Shown here: positions 40,977-51,345 of the stretch, piece by piece | Position numbering within the stretch: the stretch's first letter is position 1 | Layout: every line of letters begins with the position of its first letter | Assembly (NCBI GenBank): GCA_965215195.1 | Contig: CBDCDC010000001.1 | Location: 352,001 to 416,000, forward strand | Source: Candidatus Latescibacterota bacterium | Lineage (GTDB): Bacteria; Latescibacterota; UBA2968; UBA8231 | Length of the DNA stretch: 64,000 bases | Reading direction: 5' to 3' | Notes under the pieces: model-generated | What the model saw: only the letters and a program-made list of their open reading frames with translations | Told to the model about the DNA's origin: nothing | Databases searched by the model: none | Program-made: the position numbers and the translations under genes

Positions 40977-42920
40977 TCATCGCACCCCCACGTACACCAC
41001 ATTCCCCACCTCCCCGAGGCAAAAGTCGATCACCATCCACGCGGCCGCCCCCATGAGCTGCCCGGCGATCAGCCCGGCGAAGAGCGGCTTGTACGTGCGG
41101 TAGCCGCGCGTACCGGTGAATTTGAATATCACGGCCTTGCACAACCAGCCCAAAAACACCGAAAACCACGCCACGCCCATGACCCAACTGTCGCTCACTG
41201 GCAGGCCGATGTAGTGCAGCGGCCACCACGGGAAGTGGTGCTGCATGTAAATCAGCGCGCCCATCAGGGCCGCGCCCACGCCCGTAAACAGCAGCCGCGG
41301 GCGGATGTGATCCCAGCCGACGGGATTGTGGATTTTGTCCTCCAAGAAGCGATAGGCCAGCGTCGGCACCCCGAACTGGCGCAGGTTGATCCCGCCGTGC
41401 GCGTAGTTCAAATAGAGGGTGATCCAGAAGGCCCCCATCATGCCGACGACAACCGCGATGACCAGCCCCCAAAACAGGCGGCGGTGATGCGCACCGTGCC
41501 CGTGCGCCAGCTTGAGCGCATTGGCCGTGGAAGCCATGACCGTGGTGCGCATTTCAGCGGCCCAAGAATAGCTCAGGCTAATCGACGCCAGCCCCTTCCA
41601 GCCAATGGCGTCCGTGCCCAAGGTATAGACCGCAAAGGGCTGCGGCAGCATGGTCGAAGAGGTAAAGCCCACGCCGCCTTGGGCGATGACCCGCGCAATG
41701 GCCAAGAAAATGGCAAACGCCCCGCAAAAAAACACCACGGCCGCCACCACCGGCACCCCGCTCAGCAGCAGCCAGCCAAGGAAGTAGCCCGCGCAGGCGA
41801 TCCACAGCCACACGGCCGCCCGGTACGAGAGAATCTCGTCGCCATCGTCGGCCCGCGCCCCGCGCCTAAACGCCGCCCTGAACACTTGGCGCAAGTGGGC
41901 CCGCGCCGTCCACAGGATCGCCGCCACCAGCACCAGCATCGCCCCCATCCCCTCGTGCGACAGGGCCACCGAAGACCCCGTCAGCGCCTCGTTGTGCCCT
42001 TTGACCTGAAAGCCGATGACGTTGAAAACCCCGGTCTGGCAGCGGCTCAACAAGTGGAAAAACCACACCGAGAAGGCCACGTTGAGGTTGAGGAAGTACG
42101 CCACGCCAATGATGGCGAAATTGACGAAGATGTGCAGCCGCACGCTATCGCGGAACAGCAGCAGCGGGTCGAACACCAGCCGCACCTCGGGCACGTAAAA
42201 GAAGTAGTGGTTCAGCCCGTCCAGCACTTGAATGGCAAAGGGCAATGCAAACCCGACCCACATCAGGGGGTTGCGAAACAGCGGCGGGAAAATGCCCTCG
42301 TCGTTGCCGCGCAGCATCTCCAAGGGCACCTGCGCCAGCGGGAAGACCAGCCGCTCCTGTTCGACCCAAGGCCGCCGGAAGACGACCATGGTGGCGATCA
42401 TCAGTAAGTAGATCGCCAGCATCGCGCTGCCCCAAGCCATAAGCGGCACCAGCCAAGCGCCCCACGGAATGCCCATCCCCTCGGGCAACCCTTCGTAAAA
42501 AAAGCGCGCGACCTCGGCTTCTTGCGGTGCCAGCCAAGCGGGAATCAGCGGTTGAATCAGTTCGGCCCAGCGGTTTTCTGGCGTGGCATAATAGAAGGGG
42601 CGGGTGAGGATGTGGCACAGGTTCGTCACCAGTCCCCAAGTGGGAATCGCCGACGCCACGACCATCATCGCGTACACGACCACTAGCTCGCTCGTGCGCA
42701 GGGCCCAAGCCCTGAACGCGACCTTTAACAAGGGATTGATCAAGCCCACCAGCACTAGGAAGACCATCATCGCGCCGGCCGCGAGGTAATCCGAGGTCAA
42801 GCCGGCGTTTTGCAGGACGAGTACTGAGTAGGGACAAGCCAGATTCAGGAAGAGAGCCGCCCCCGCGCCCAATACTAGGGCGCGCCGCGTCACCTCCAAG
42901 CCCGTTCGCTCCTCGTTCAT
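40977..42920 (-). CDS. DUF6785/DUF6784-type multi-pass membrane protein
   Basis: YYATPENRW, WVEQERLVFPL, WWPLHYIG, PLFAGLIAG. Confidence 0.8.
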   Translation of the reverse strand: MNEERTGLEVTRRALVLGAGAALFLNLACPYSVLVLQNAGLTSDYLAAGAMMVFLVLVGLINPLLKVAFRAWALRTSELVVVYAMMVVASAIPTWGLVTNLCHILTRPFYYATPENRWAELIQPLIPAWLAPQEAEVARFFYEGLPEGMGIPWGAWLVPLMAWGSAMLAIYLLMIATMVVFRRPWVEQERLVFPLAQVPLEMLRGNDEGIFPPLFRNPLMWVGFALPFAIQVLDGLNHYFFYVPEVRLVFDPLLLFRDSVRLHIFVNFAIIGVAYFLNLNVAFSVWFFHLLSRCQTGVFNVIGFQVKGHNEALTGSSVALSHEGMGAMLVLVAAILWTARAHLRQVFRAAFRRGARADDGDEILSYRAAVWLWIACAGYFLGWLLLSGVPVVAAVVFFCGAFAIFLAIARVIAQGGVGFTSSTMLPQPFAVYTLGTDAIGWKGLASISLSYSWAAEMRTTVMASTANALKLAHGHGAHHRRLFWGLVIAVVVGMMGAFWITLYLNYAHGGINLRQFGVPTLAYRFLEDKIHNPVGWDHIRPRLLFTGVGAALMGALIYMQHHFPWWPLHYIGLPVSDSWVMGVAWFSVFLGWLCKAVIFKFTGTRGYRTYKPLFAGLIAGQLMGAAAWMVIDFCLGEVGNVVYVGVR

Positions 42921-43162
42921 GGCCGCAAAATAGCCGCTGGTCCCGATGGCGGCAACCGCAGCCCAGCCCGTTGCCGCGACCCAATCCTGCCGTTACTTTT
43001 TCTTGTAGCCGAGAACGCGGAGGGCCATCGCGCGCTGGGAGACTGCGTCCGGCCTGCCCTTCGTCCCGCAGTCCGAAATTGGCAACTGGCGGTCCCAATG
43101 AAGGCCAGTCGGCCGAGCGGCAACTCGAATCCGACCTTCGAAGGAACCAAAGGAGTTAGTAC

Positions 43163-43618
43163 GTGGGCACGTTTACTGTTCCGCTTGAGGTGGGCGATCC
43201 GACGGGGCGTCGCTACAAAACAGTGGACGCTATGGTGGACTGCGGCGCGACCTATACCGTGCTGCCGGCTTCGCTTCTCGACCGTTTGGGCGTCGTTGCG
43301 CACGGCACCCGGACATTTGTTCTCGCCGACGGCAGTCGCGTCGAGCGCGGCTTCGGCAGAACCTATTTGCGGCTCAACGGCAGCGAGGAGGTCTCGCCCG
43401 TGGTGTTTTGGGACGAAGGCTTGCGGCCATTGCTGGGTGCCGTCACGCTGGAGATATTCAGTTTGGGCATTGATCCGGTGAACGAGCGGCTCATGCCCGT
43501 GGAGGCATTCATGCTGGCGATGACAACGGGGTTGTGCGCTTGGCAACAAGCCGGGTCTATTAAACCAACTACGCTCCCGCCTGATTCCCTGCCGAGATTA
43601 ACTTTGGTGTCCCACTAG
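43163..43618 (+). CDS. Retropepsin-like (clan AA) aspartyl protease
   Basis: AMVDCGATYTVLP, LADG, LLGAVTLE; AAGGAG RBS. Confidence 0.8.
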   Translation: MGTFTVPLEVGDPTGRRYKTVDAMVDCGATYTVLPASLLDRLGVVAHGTRTFVLADGSRVERGFGRTYLRLNGSEEVSPVVFWDEGLRPLLGAVTLEIFSLGIDPVNERLMPVEAFMLAMTTGLCAWQQAGSIKPTTLPPDSLPRLTLVSH

Positions 43619-43638
43619 CTCGTCCGAAAATTTACCCT

Positions 43639-44367
43639 ATGGGAAAACCCCGGTACACGGCTGCGGACTTCAAGGCCAGCAAGCCCGCGATTATGGGGCC
43701 GGTCGAAGTCCTGTTCAACCGCCGCCTCTCAACCCTGCTCACCCGCCTGTTGGTCCGCACCTCACTCACCCCCAACCAAGTGACAGTCCTTTCCTTTCTC
43801 GTCCTCCTGCCCGGCGCGTACCTGCTCTCCACGGGCGAGCGCATCGCCCTCATTGGGGCCGGTCTCCTCATTCAACTATCCTTTACGCTCGATTGCTGCG
43901 ACGGCGAACTCGCTCGTTTGCGCGGGCTTAGCTCGCCGTTTGGCGCTTGGCTCGACGGCCTGCTCGACCGCATCGCCGAACTGGTGCTCTGCTTCGCATT
44001 GGGACGAGCGTTGGACCACCAAGGCGATCCGCATGCCTATCTCTACTCCTTTGTCGCCTTCGCTTCGCTCGCCATGACCCACCTCGCCACCCTGATGAAC
44101 GCCACGGCCTTTGGCAAGGGGCAGCTGAGTCGCGGCCTGCTTGGCCGCTTGGCCGGCCTCGTGCGCGTTTCGCCGCTGAAATTGCGCAACTATCTGCGCA
44201 GCGGCATTGACGTCTATTTGATGGTTTTTGCGTTGGGCGCGGTGTTTGACCACCTCATGGGGGTCGTCTATTATTGCGCGGTCGTGCAGAACCTCTATTG
44301 GCTGGCCATCGTCTCAATGGTAGTCAGGCAAAATCAAATGAAGAACGAAAAACGAGGAGATACCTAA
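43639..44367 (+). CDS. CDP-alcohol phosphatidyltransferase family protein
   Basis: TPNQVT; DCCDGELARLRGLSSPFGAWLDGLLD. Confidence 0.9.
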   Translation: MGKPRYTAADFKASKPAIMGPVEVLFNRRLSTLLTRLLVRTSLTPNQVTVLSFLVLLPGAYLLSTGERIALIGAGLLIQLSFTLDCCDGELARLRGLSSPFGAWLDGLLDRIAELVLCFALGRALDHQGDPHAYLYSFVAFASLAMTHLATLMNATAFGKGQLSRGLLGRLAGLVRVSPLKLRNYLRSGIDVYLMVFALGAVFDHLMGVVYYCAVVQNLYWLAIVSMVVRQNQMKNEKRGDT

Positions 44368-45318
44368 GTGGACGCCATCGCAGCCATCGGCGGCAGCCGG
44401 CCCCTCAAAGCAGAAGAATTCGCCCGCCGCGCTTACAATTATGCCCTCAACCCGGCTCGCAACCCGCTCAAGGAAATCCTCGACCAGTGCGCGTCCGTGG
44501 CCGAGACGCCGCCCCTGTTAGGCGGCTTCAACGATGTGCCGTGGCACAAGCTGCGCGACGCCGAGGTCCACGCTTGGGCCAAGGCCGGTTGGTCGTGGAT
44601 AGTCAACGACGCCGAGCACAGCCAGTGGGAAGGCTGGTACGGCCGCGAGCAAAACGCCGTCCTCACGCGCCACGGCATCTTGCCGGTCCAGCGCCTAGCC
44701 CGCGAGGCCCGCTCCGAACACGGCGACGCCTTCCAGCTCGGGGCGCGGGCGACGATGCGTCCCTATGGCACCACCTACGAGGAGGCCGAGCGCTATTTCC
44801 GCGCCATCAACTTTCCCGTCCCCGGCCAAGCCACCCCAGACGACCGCGGCGGGTATCCGGTCCGCGACGGCGAGCGCACCATGATGTTCACGCCCGATGA
44901 ATTGCGCGGCACCGAGACCGAGACCCAAGGCTGGATCCAGTTTGAGACCAAGGAATACATCATCGACCTCGAGACCCGCGACCGCGTCCTCGACCTGATG
45001 GCCGCCCAAGGACGCAACAAAGCCTGCGGGTTTGTCGGCCCGTTTGACGCCATCCTGCGCGAGGGCGACTTGCCCGAAGTCAACGACGCGGTCAACGCGC
45101 TCTTCCGCGCCGCGGCCGATCGCGGCGTCCACACCGGCCGCGTCGTGGGGCACGGCGCGATGGAAGATCCCCAAGACATTGAAGACGGCATGGTCGAGGC
45201 CATCGACAACGGCGCACGCCTGATCTGCGTGCATCCGCTCACCAGCGACATGGTCTTTCGCGGCGCCTACGCCATGGCCGAGCCTTTCTTCCGCGCCTGC
45301 GAGCGCTGCGGCTTTTGA
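44368..45318 (+). CDS. HpcH/HpaI aldolase-like protein
   Basis: GWSWIVNDAEH, IQFET, FVGPFD. Confidence 0.65.
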   Translation: MDAIAAIGGSRPLKAEEFARRAYNYALNPARNPLKEILDQCASVAETPPLLGGFNDVPWHKLRDAEVHAWAKAGWSWIVNDAEHSQWEGWYGREQNAVLTRHGILPVQRLAREARSEHGDAFQLGARATMRPYGTTYEEAERYFRAINFPVPGQATPDDRGGYPVRDGERTMMFTPDELRGTETETQGWIQFETKEYIIDLETRDRVLDLMAAQGRNKACGFVGPFDAILREGDLPEVNDAVNALFRAAADRGVHTGRVVGHGAMEDPQDIEDGMVEAIDNGARLICVHPLTSDMVFRGAYAMAEPFFRACERCGF

Positions 45319-45346
45319 ACATTCTCTCACAATTTTAGGAGACCTC

Positions 45347-46093
45347 ATGCACCTGCTTTGCGCATTGATCGGCATGATCGCGCTCGTGGGCACTGCCGTC
45401 CATGCCCAACCCGAAAACGACGCTCCAGCCGAGGCCCCTGCCGTCCGTGCCCCCCTCAGCTACGACCCTTACTACGTCCTGCCCGGCGGCCAAGGCTACA
45501 CGAGCGTCGACGTTGGAGTGCGCACGACGGCCTCTGCCTCCAAGCTCTTGGACGCGAGCGATCTAGTCGCCATGGCCAAATTCAATCCCCACGCTCGCTT
45601 TGAAGCGGGTGCGCATCTCACCTTTGGCTTTTTCAACGACGGGAGTTCCAACCTTTCGTCGATCGTGGTCGGCGGCAAGTACCAGCTCGGCCGCAACCGC
45701 GCGGCAACCGCTAACATCGCGCTGCCGGCGGGCGACATTCCCGACCCGGGGCTGGCCGTTGGTTTCATGCAGACCGTGCGCATTGGCCGCGCCTTCCGCC
45801 TCAACGGCTGGTTGCAGGTTGCCGCGCTCAAAGGCTACGCCGAAGAGGGCCTCGTCGGCGATCTCTTGCTCGAGCCGGCGATGGTATTCGGCGAAAGACT
45901 AAGCGCGTACCTCGACTTGCTCATCGCGTCCAACACCTCGGACTTGGAGGACAAGCTCAGCGTCCGCTTAGAGCCGAATCTCGACATCGGCCTCGGCGAT
46001 GGCATGGTGCTGAACGCAGGGGTCAGCGTGGATTTGCAGGGCGACGAACAGGAGGACGTGGGGGTGTTTGTGGTGCTCTTGCGCGACATGTAA
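45347..46093 (+). CDS. Secreted/outer-membrane hypothetical protein
   Basis: Signal peptide (AVHA), amphipathic beta strands, AGGAG RBS. Confidence 0.65.
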   Translation: MHLLCALIGMIALVGTAVHAQPENDAPAEAPAVRAPLSYDPYYVLPGGQGYTSVDVGVRTTASASKLLDASDLVAMAKFNPHARFEAGAHLTFGFFNDGSSNLSSIVVGGKYQLGRNRAATANIALPAGDIPDPGLAVGFMQTVRIGRAFRLNGWLQVAALKGYAEEGLVGDLLLEPAMVFGERLSAYLDLLIASNTSDLEDKLSVRLEPNLDIGLGDGMVLNAGVSVDLQGDEQEDVGVFVVLLRDM

Positions 46094-46109
46094 GCCCAGA
46101 CGAGGCCAT

Positions 46110-46496
46110 TTAGCCGCCCATTTGCGCGATCCTGCGCACCATCCAAGAGATATAGGCCGTGCGGGTCATCTTGCGCCTTCGCGCCTCGGAACCGATGAAG
46201 GCGGCTACCTCTTCATCGAGGTTCAAATGGGCGCGTACGCTACGACCCGACAGATGGATCAGAGGAATGGACACCAGCGCTTGTCCGGCGGGGGTTTCGA
46301 TGTTTTCGAGGGCACTCGGCGCAGCAAAGGGCGCACCATCCTTCTCCGCCTCGAGCGCACCATCGCGAAGCGCCTCTTCGGCATTCATCAACGCCTCATC
46401 CATCGTCTTGCCCATGGCCGCGATGCCGGGCAGATCCGGGAAGGTCACGCCATAGGCACCTTTTTCGCCATCGATCAGTGCAGGATATCGGATCAT
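46110..46496 (-). CDS. hicB: Orphan HicB antitoxin with RHH domain
   Basis: YPALID...YGVTFPDLPG..A.G.T.DEA..NA.EAL; no adjacent hicA. Confidence 0.85.
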   Translation of the reverse strand: MIRYPALIDGEKGAYGVTFPDLPGIAAMGKTMDEALMNAEEALRDGALEAEKDGAPFAAPSALENIETPAGQALVSIPLIHLSGRSVRAHLNLDEEVAAFIGSEARRRKMTRTAYISWMVRRIAQMGG

Positions 46497-46512
46497 GATT
46501 ACTGTGCATAAT

Positions 46513-47622
46513 TTACACTCGAGAAGCCTGCAATCGCCGCACCCGCGCCGGGGTGTGGTCCTCGGAGATCTCCGAGGAGAGAATGCCCAACGAGCGGTCC
46601 TCTAGAGGCAAATCCACGCGCACCAAACCGCTGCGGTGCGATTGGCGCAGGGCAATGGCCACTTCGAGGGCGGCCCGACCATCGTCTCCCGAACAGCGCG
46701 GGTCCGATCCGGTCTCAATGGCCTCAATTAGATCCTCGATAATGGTCAGGCCCATGCCCTGTATGTGCGTCGGATAGGGAAAGGGCACGTACGCGGGCAC
46801 GCCGCGACCCCGGTTGCCGCCCGCAGCCGTGCGGATGTACTCCATTTGGGTGCAATTGGCTATGGAGCGGATGCGGCCCTCGGTGCCAATGACGTCGATT
46901 TCCCAAGCCGCAACCCCGGTGGGCGTGGCGCGGATAAAGGCGCGGACGCCATTGTCAAAGCTGAGGTAGCCGTTGCCCTGCGGGTCGGTTTCGCCCGCGG
47001 CCGCGGCGTCCGATTCCATTTCGCCAAAAACCCACTCGACCTGACCCCCGGCCATGTAGCGCACAATGTCGATGAGGTGGCTGCCGTTGTGCGACAAGCC
47101 GCATTGGGCGTAGCCGGTGACTTGGAGGATTTGCCCCAGTGCGCCTTGGTCAATGAGGCGGCGGGCCTCGCTGAAGAACGGGTTCCAGCGGCGGGCGCAA
47201 TTGATGGCCAAGGCCGTGCCGCGTTGGCGGCAGGTTTCGACCATGGCATCGGCTTCAGCCAAGGTCAGGGCAATGGGCTTTTCGGCCCACACGGCCTTGA
47301 CGCCGGCGCGGGCGCAGTCTTGGACGATCTGCGAGCGAATGCGGGCGGTGGTACACACGCTAACCAGATCGAGATTTTCTCGCTCCAGCATTTGGCGGTA
47401 GTCGCTGTAGAGATGGTCTCGCGCCAGACCCCAGCGGTCGCCGAAAATGGCGCGTTGTTCGTCGTGTGGATCGGCTCCGGCCACCAGTTCTGCATGGGGC
47501 GAAGCGCGGTACGAGGGGGCGTGGCAATAGGGCAGAAAAATGGAGCCGCCTTCGCTCATTTCATCGTCGAACGTGCTGCCCATGCGGCCCAAGCCGATAA
47601 CGGCGGCGCGATACCTAGTCAT
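46513..47622 (-). CDS. Gfo/Idh/MocA oxidoreductase
   Basis: AAVIGLGRMG, WAEKP, HNGSHLID. Confidence 0.88.
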   Translation of the reverse strand: MTRYRAAVIGLGRMGSTFDDEMSEGGSIFLPYCHAPSYRASPHAELVAGADPHDEQRAIFGDRWGLARDHLYSDYRQMLERENLDLVSVCTTARIRSQIVQDCARAGVKAVWAEKPIALTLAEADAMVETCRQRGTALAINCARRWNPFFSEARRLIDQGALGQILQVTGYAQCGLSHNGSHLIDIVRYMAGGQVEWVFGEMESDAAAAGETDPQGNGYLSFDNGVRAFIRATPTGVAAWEIDVIGTEGRIRSIANCTQMEYIRTAAGGNRGRGVPAYVPFPYPTHIQGMGLTIIEDLIEAIETGSDPRCSGDDGRAALEVAIALRQSHRSGLVRVDLPLEDRSLGILSSEISEDHTPARVRRLQASRV

Positions 47623-47651
47623 GGTCTCCTCCGAGTTTGGGTGGGATTCGC

Positions 47652-49097
47652 TCATAGATGGGGATAGATCGCTTCTGGATCGTAGTCTGGCAGGAGTGCG
47701 TCGTGGGGTTGGCCGGGGATTAAGCGCGTGCCGTCCGCAAAACCTTCCGGTCGGCCTTGGAGAAATTCGCTGAGGCGATTTCGCCAAGGCTGCATTCTAG
47801 TTTCAGCGTTGGACGCACGAGACAGGTCGCGCATTTCCTGCGGGTCTTCGTCCAAGTCGAAAAGGTGTTCTCGGCCCGTTTGCGAATACCAGATGTACTT
47901 GCAGCGCCCATCGGTGACATAGTGGTTGCCGTGGTCGCGGGCGTAGCAGCCAGCGTGTTCGCCGTGCAGAAATTCCCTGACGCCATCGGCGTTGCCTTGC
48001 ACGACGGGCAGGAGGCTTTGGCCGGTGCAGGTATCGGGGATGTCGCTGCCGGCCGCGTCGAGGATGGTGGGCATGATGTCTTGGATGCCGACCGGACTTT
48101 TGCAAACGACTTCTTCGGGATAGTCCCAATTTTTGGGCGCGCGCATGAAAAATGGAATTCGGGCCGACGCCTCATAGGGCCAGGTTTTGCGAAAGAGGTT
48201 GTGGTCGCCCAGCATTTCGCCGTGGTCGGATGTAAAGATGACGAAGCAGTTGTTGAGGCCCCCGGTAAACTGGATGAGGCGGCCGATCTGGTCGTCTATA
48301 AAGTTGATCATGCCGTAGTAAGCCGCGCGACAACAGCGCATGTCGCATTCGTTGAGCCGAATCTGCCACGCATTGGGATTGAGACCTTTTTCCGGCCCAG
48401 CGAATGCAGGGGCCCAGTCGCCGACGAAGGGCTCGGGCAGGCTGCGGTGGATATAGCGGTCGTAATAAGGGGCAGGGGGCGCGAGCGGCGGGTGAGGATC
48501 AATAAAGGAAACATTGAGAAAAAACGGCACCGACCGATCGCGTTTGCGCAGAAAGTCCATGGCCCGGTCGACGCACCAGAAGGTGTGCATCTGTTCTTCG
48601 GGCAGATGGTGCGGGCGACCAATCCAGCCGTTGGCGGAAATGCCGTGGGCCATGCCGGGATCTACTTCATGGCGGCAGTGGTATTGCCGCAGCCATTCGA
48701 CGTAGTCGTTGTCGTCGCCTCGGGTGGCATCGGCTAGTTGCAGATGGTCAAAGCCGTAGCGCTTGCGCTGGGGAGTTAAGTGGAGTTTGCCGATCATCTC
48801 CGTCTGATAACCGGCCTTAGACAGCTCGCCAGCCAAGGTGTGCGGCGGTTGCCACGGAGCGCTTCTGAAGCCAACGGCCCCATTGGCCGCGGGGGCCGTG
48901 CCAGTCATCAGGCAGCGGCGCGCGGGAATGCAACTGGGGCATTCGGAGTAGCCGCGGTGAAAGTGCGTGCCGGTGCGGGCCAGCCAGTCTAAGTTGGGCG
49001 TTTGCAAGCACCGAGGACTGTGGGGATCGAGCCCCATGCAGTCGCCGCGCTGCTGGTCGGTCATAATGAGCAGGATATTGGGGCGAGTGTCTGGCAT
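47652..49097 (-). CDS. Arylsulfatase/choline-sulfatase family
   Basis: PNILLIMTDQQR, CIPARR (CxPxR), GKLH, PHPP, TSDHGE. Confidence 0.92.
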   Translation of the reverse strand: MPDTRPNILLIMTDQQRGDCMGLDPHSPRCLQTPNLDWLARTGTHFHRGYSECPSCIPARRCLMTGTAPAANGAVGFRSAPWQPPHTLAGELSKAGYQTEMIGKLHLTPQRKRYGFDHLQLADATRGDDNDYVEWLRQYHCRHEVDPGMAHGISANGWIGRPHHLPEEQMHTFWCVDRAMDFLRKRDRSVPFFLNVSFIDPHPPLAPPAPYYDRYIHRSLPEPFVGDWAPAFAGPEKGLNPNAWQIRLNECDMRCCRAAYYGMINFIDDQIGRLIQFTGGLNNCFVIFTSDHGEMLGDHNLFRKTWPYEASARIPFFMRAPKNWDYPEEVVCKSPVGIQDIMPTILDAAGSDIPDTCTGQSLLPVVQGNADGVREFLHGEHAGCYARDHGNHYVTDGRCKYIWYSQTGREHLFDLDEDPQEMRDLSRASNAETRMQPWRNRLSEFLQGRPEGFADGTRLIPGQPHDALLPDYDPEAIYPHL

Positions 49098-49338
49098 ATC
49101 GTTTCATTCTCCGCTGAGCGGATCGGCAGGGGCGCGGCCGGCGCTAGCCGACTGCGCGATTTCCCGGGTCTGTTCAAGCGGGAATCTCGGCATGGCGATT
49201 TGAGCATAATACGCTAAAAATACCACTTGAGGAGGAAGCAGACCATGCCTAGACTAAAAAAGGAAATCGCCGAGCACATCAGATTGGATCACTTTCGACT
49301 AACCACTACACCGGCCCATCTACGAAGGAGAACCAACC

Positions 49339-49623
49339 ATGCAGCAACCCCCCGATCCCGTGCAGGGAATCGTAGCCGAGCTATCGAAGCGGTTAGACAG
49401 CATCGAGACCAACCAGCGCGAGAACATCCAAGCGTTACAGCGGGACATCGCCCGCATCGAGACCAACCAGCGCGACGACAACGCCCAATTGCGGCAAGAT
49501 ATGCGGCAGGACAACGCCGAGATTCACCGCCGCCTTGACCGCTTAACTCGCTGGATCATCGGCATTCAGCTTACAACGCTGATTGCGTTGAGTACACTGA
49601 TCTTGACTCGCTTGCCGGGCTAA
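49339..49623 (+). CDS. Small coiled-coil protein with C-terminal TM anchor
   Basis: Internal repeat IETNQR twice; WIIGIQLTTLIAL; AAGGAG RBS. Confidence 0.7.
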   Translation: MQQPPDPVQGIVAELSKRLDSIETNQRENIQALQRDIARIETNQRDDNAQLRQDMRQDNAEIHRRLDRLTRWIIGIQLTTLIALSTLILTRLPG

Positions 49624-49646
49624 TCCCTACGCCGGGGCCTTGTGCC

Positions 49647-49698
49647 CCGGCCCATCTACGAAGGCGAACCACCCATGCAGCAACCCCGATCCCGTGCA
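49647..49698 (+). repeat. Imperfect copy of 49311-49364 (RBS and start of upstream gene)
   Basis: Two substitutions and a C6 to C4 change. Confidence 0.9.
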
Positions 49699-51336
49699 AG
49701 TGGCATGCCTGAGTTGAGCGATTCGCAATCGAGAAGACGGCCCTTCACCCTGCTTATTGTCTTCATCGCCGTGCTGGGAGCGGTACATATATTGGTCCGC
49801 ACCTCCACTTACGGCGCGGCTGTCGGCGTGGACGCCACAGTTTACCTGTCCACGGCTGTAAACCTCTTGGCCGGAGAGGGTTTGCAACACTTCGCAGGCG
49901 GCAACCTCTTGGCGTACCCGCCCCTGTTCTCCCTGCTCCTCGCGGCTATCGGGCTTTTGGGAATCGAGCCGCTGGAGGCGGGCCGGTGGGTCAACGCCGC
50001 CGCCTTCGGGCTGACCATCCTATCGGCGGGCCTCTATCTGTGCCGCCACCTCCGCTCGCCCGCCGCACCCTACTTGGCACTGGCGGCCAGCGTGCTCCTA
50101 ATGGCCTCCTTTCCCTTGAACGATGTCGCGTCAAAGCTCTTGACTGAGCCGCTCTTCGTCCTGTTCACGCTCCTCGCCTTAATGCAGTTGGCGTCCTTCC
50201 TGCACCGGAGGACGGCCTACCTTCCCCTGATGTTGGCAGGGGTTTTCAGCGCCTTGGCCGCGGCGATTCGCTATCCGGGAGTAGCCCTGATCTGCGCCGG
50301 AGTCCTGTTGCTGCTGGCGCATCGGACGCCACCCTTTGCCGCACGGCTGAAGTATGCCTTTGTATTTGGCGCCGTTTCGTCCATTCCCTTGGCGGCGGCA
50401 CTGGCCCGGAACTGGGCGATCTCCGGGACGCTGACAGGGCAGCGAAACGCGTCGGAGTTGTCCCTGTTCGACTCGCTGCGCCAAGTGGCGTATGCATTCA
50501 AGAAGTGGTTGGTCCCCCCGCACGCGCCGGACGAGTCCGCTTATCTTTTGTGGCTCGCCGTCGGGGTCGGGTTGGTGGTTCTGGCCGGCGCGGCAGTAGT
50601 CCTTCGGTCCACTAAAATGCAAAGCGATGGTAGGTCCGGGGGCTGGAATGACGGAGAGGCCGCGCCGGCGTATTTCAGCTTGGGGCCGGCTATTCCATTC
50701 GGGGCGTTCGTCTTGGTCTATCTGGTATTCATGGTTGCCGTCGCGATGTTGCCAATCAGTCCGAAAATCTACAGCCGATACCTTCTGCCGGTTTACGTGC
50801 CGCTGCTTTTGGCGGCGGTGTTCCTGCTCGATCGGTTCCTGTGCATTGGGGCGGCCGGCCGCGCGGTTGCCGCGAGGTGGGTTGTGGTTTCCCTCATTCT
50901 GATAGGTGCCTCGCTCCACGTCGGCTTCTCGGCGCAAAGGAACCTCCGTTTTACCGCCATAGCATTGGAATCCGGGTACTGGGGCCTGACATTGCACCCA
51001 CCTTACAACGTCGCCTACTGGGAAAATTCCGCGACGCTGGATTACATCAGGACCAACCGCATCAATAGCGGGTTTTACACCAACAATCCCTATCTTGCTT
51101 GGTTTAGGGACAGGACCGCCGCCCCGGGAAAATACCACAGTCTCCCGCGCCGCATTCCCGATTTGGCGCAGTCCATGATGCAGTGGACCGAGGACGGTGC
51201 CGGCGCAGATATCGTTTGGTTCAACGGTCAAAATGGTTACAACTACGACGCCATTGACGTCCGCCTCCTGCCCGGCGTGGAGGTGGTGGCCGAGTTGTCC
51301 GACGGCGTTGTGTTCCGCGTCCACAATAGCAAATAG
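49675..51336 (+). CDS. GT-C fold (ArnT/PMT-like) membrane glycosyltransferase
   Basis: D..VYLS.A.NL, YPPLFS, LTEPLF, RYPG, RYLLP; start uncertain (49642/49675/49705). Confidence 0.7.
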   Translation: MQQPRSRASGMPELSDSQSRRRPFTLLIVFIAVLGAVHILVRTSTYGAAVGVDATVYLSTAVNLLAGEGLQHFAGGNLLAYPPLFSLLLAAIGLLGIEPLEAGRWVNAAAFGLTILSAGLYLCRHLRSPAAPYLALAASVLLMASFPLNDVASKLLTEPLFVLFTLLALMQLASFLHRRTAYLPLMLAGVFSALAAAIRYPGVALICAGVLLLLAHRTPPFAARLKYAFVFGAVSSIPLAAALARNWAISGTLTGQRNASELSLFDSLRQVAYAFKKWLVPPHAPDESAYLLWLAVGVGLVVLAGAAVVLRSTKMQSDGRSGGWNDGEAAPAYFSLGPAIPFGAFVLVYLVFMVAVAMLPISPKIYSRYLLPVYVPLLLAAVFLLDRFLCIGAAGRAVAARWVVVSLILIGASLHVGFSAQRNLRFTAIALESGYWGLTLHPPYNVAYWENSATLDYIRTNRINSGFYTNNPYLAWFRDRTAAPGKYHSLPRRIPDLAQSMMQWTEDGAGADIVWFNGQNGYNYDAIDVRLLPGVEVVAELSDGVVFRVHNSK

Positions 51337-51345
51337 GGAACAAAA

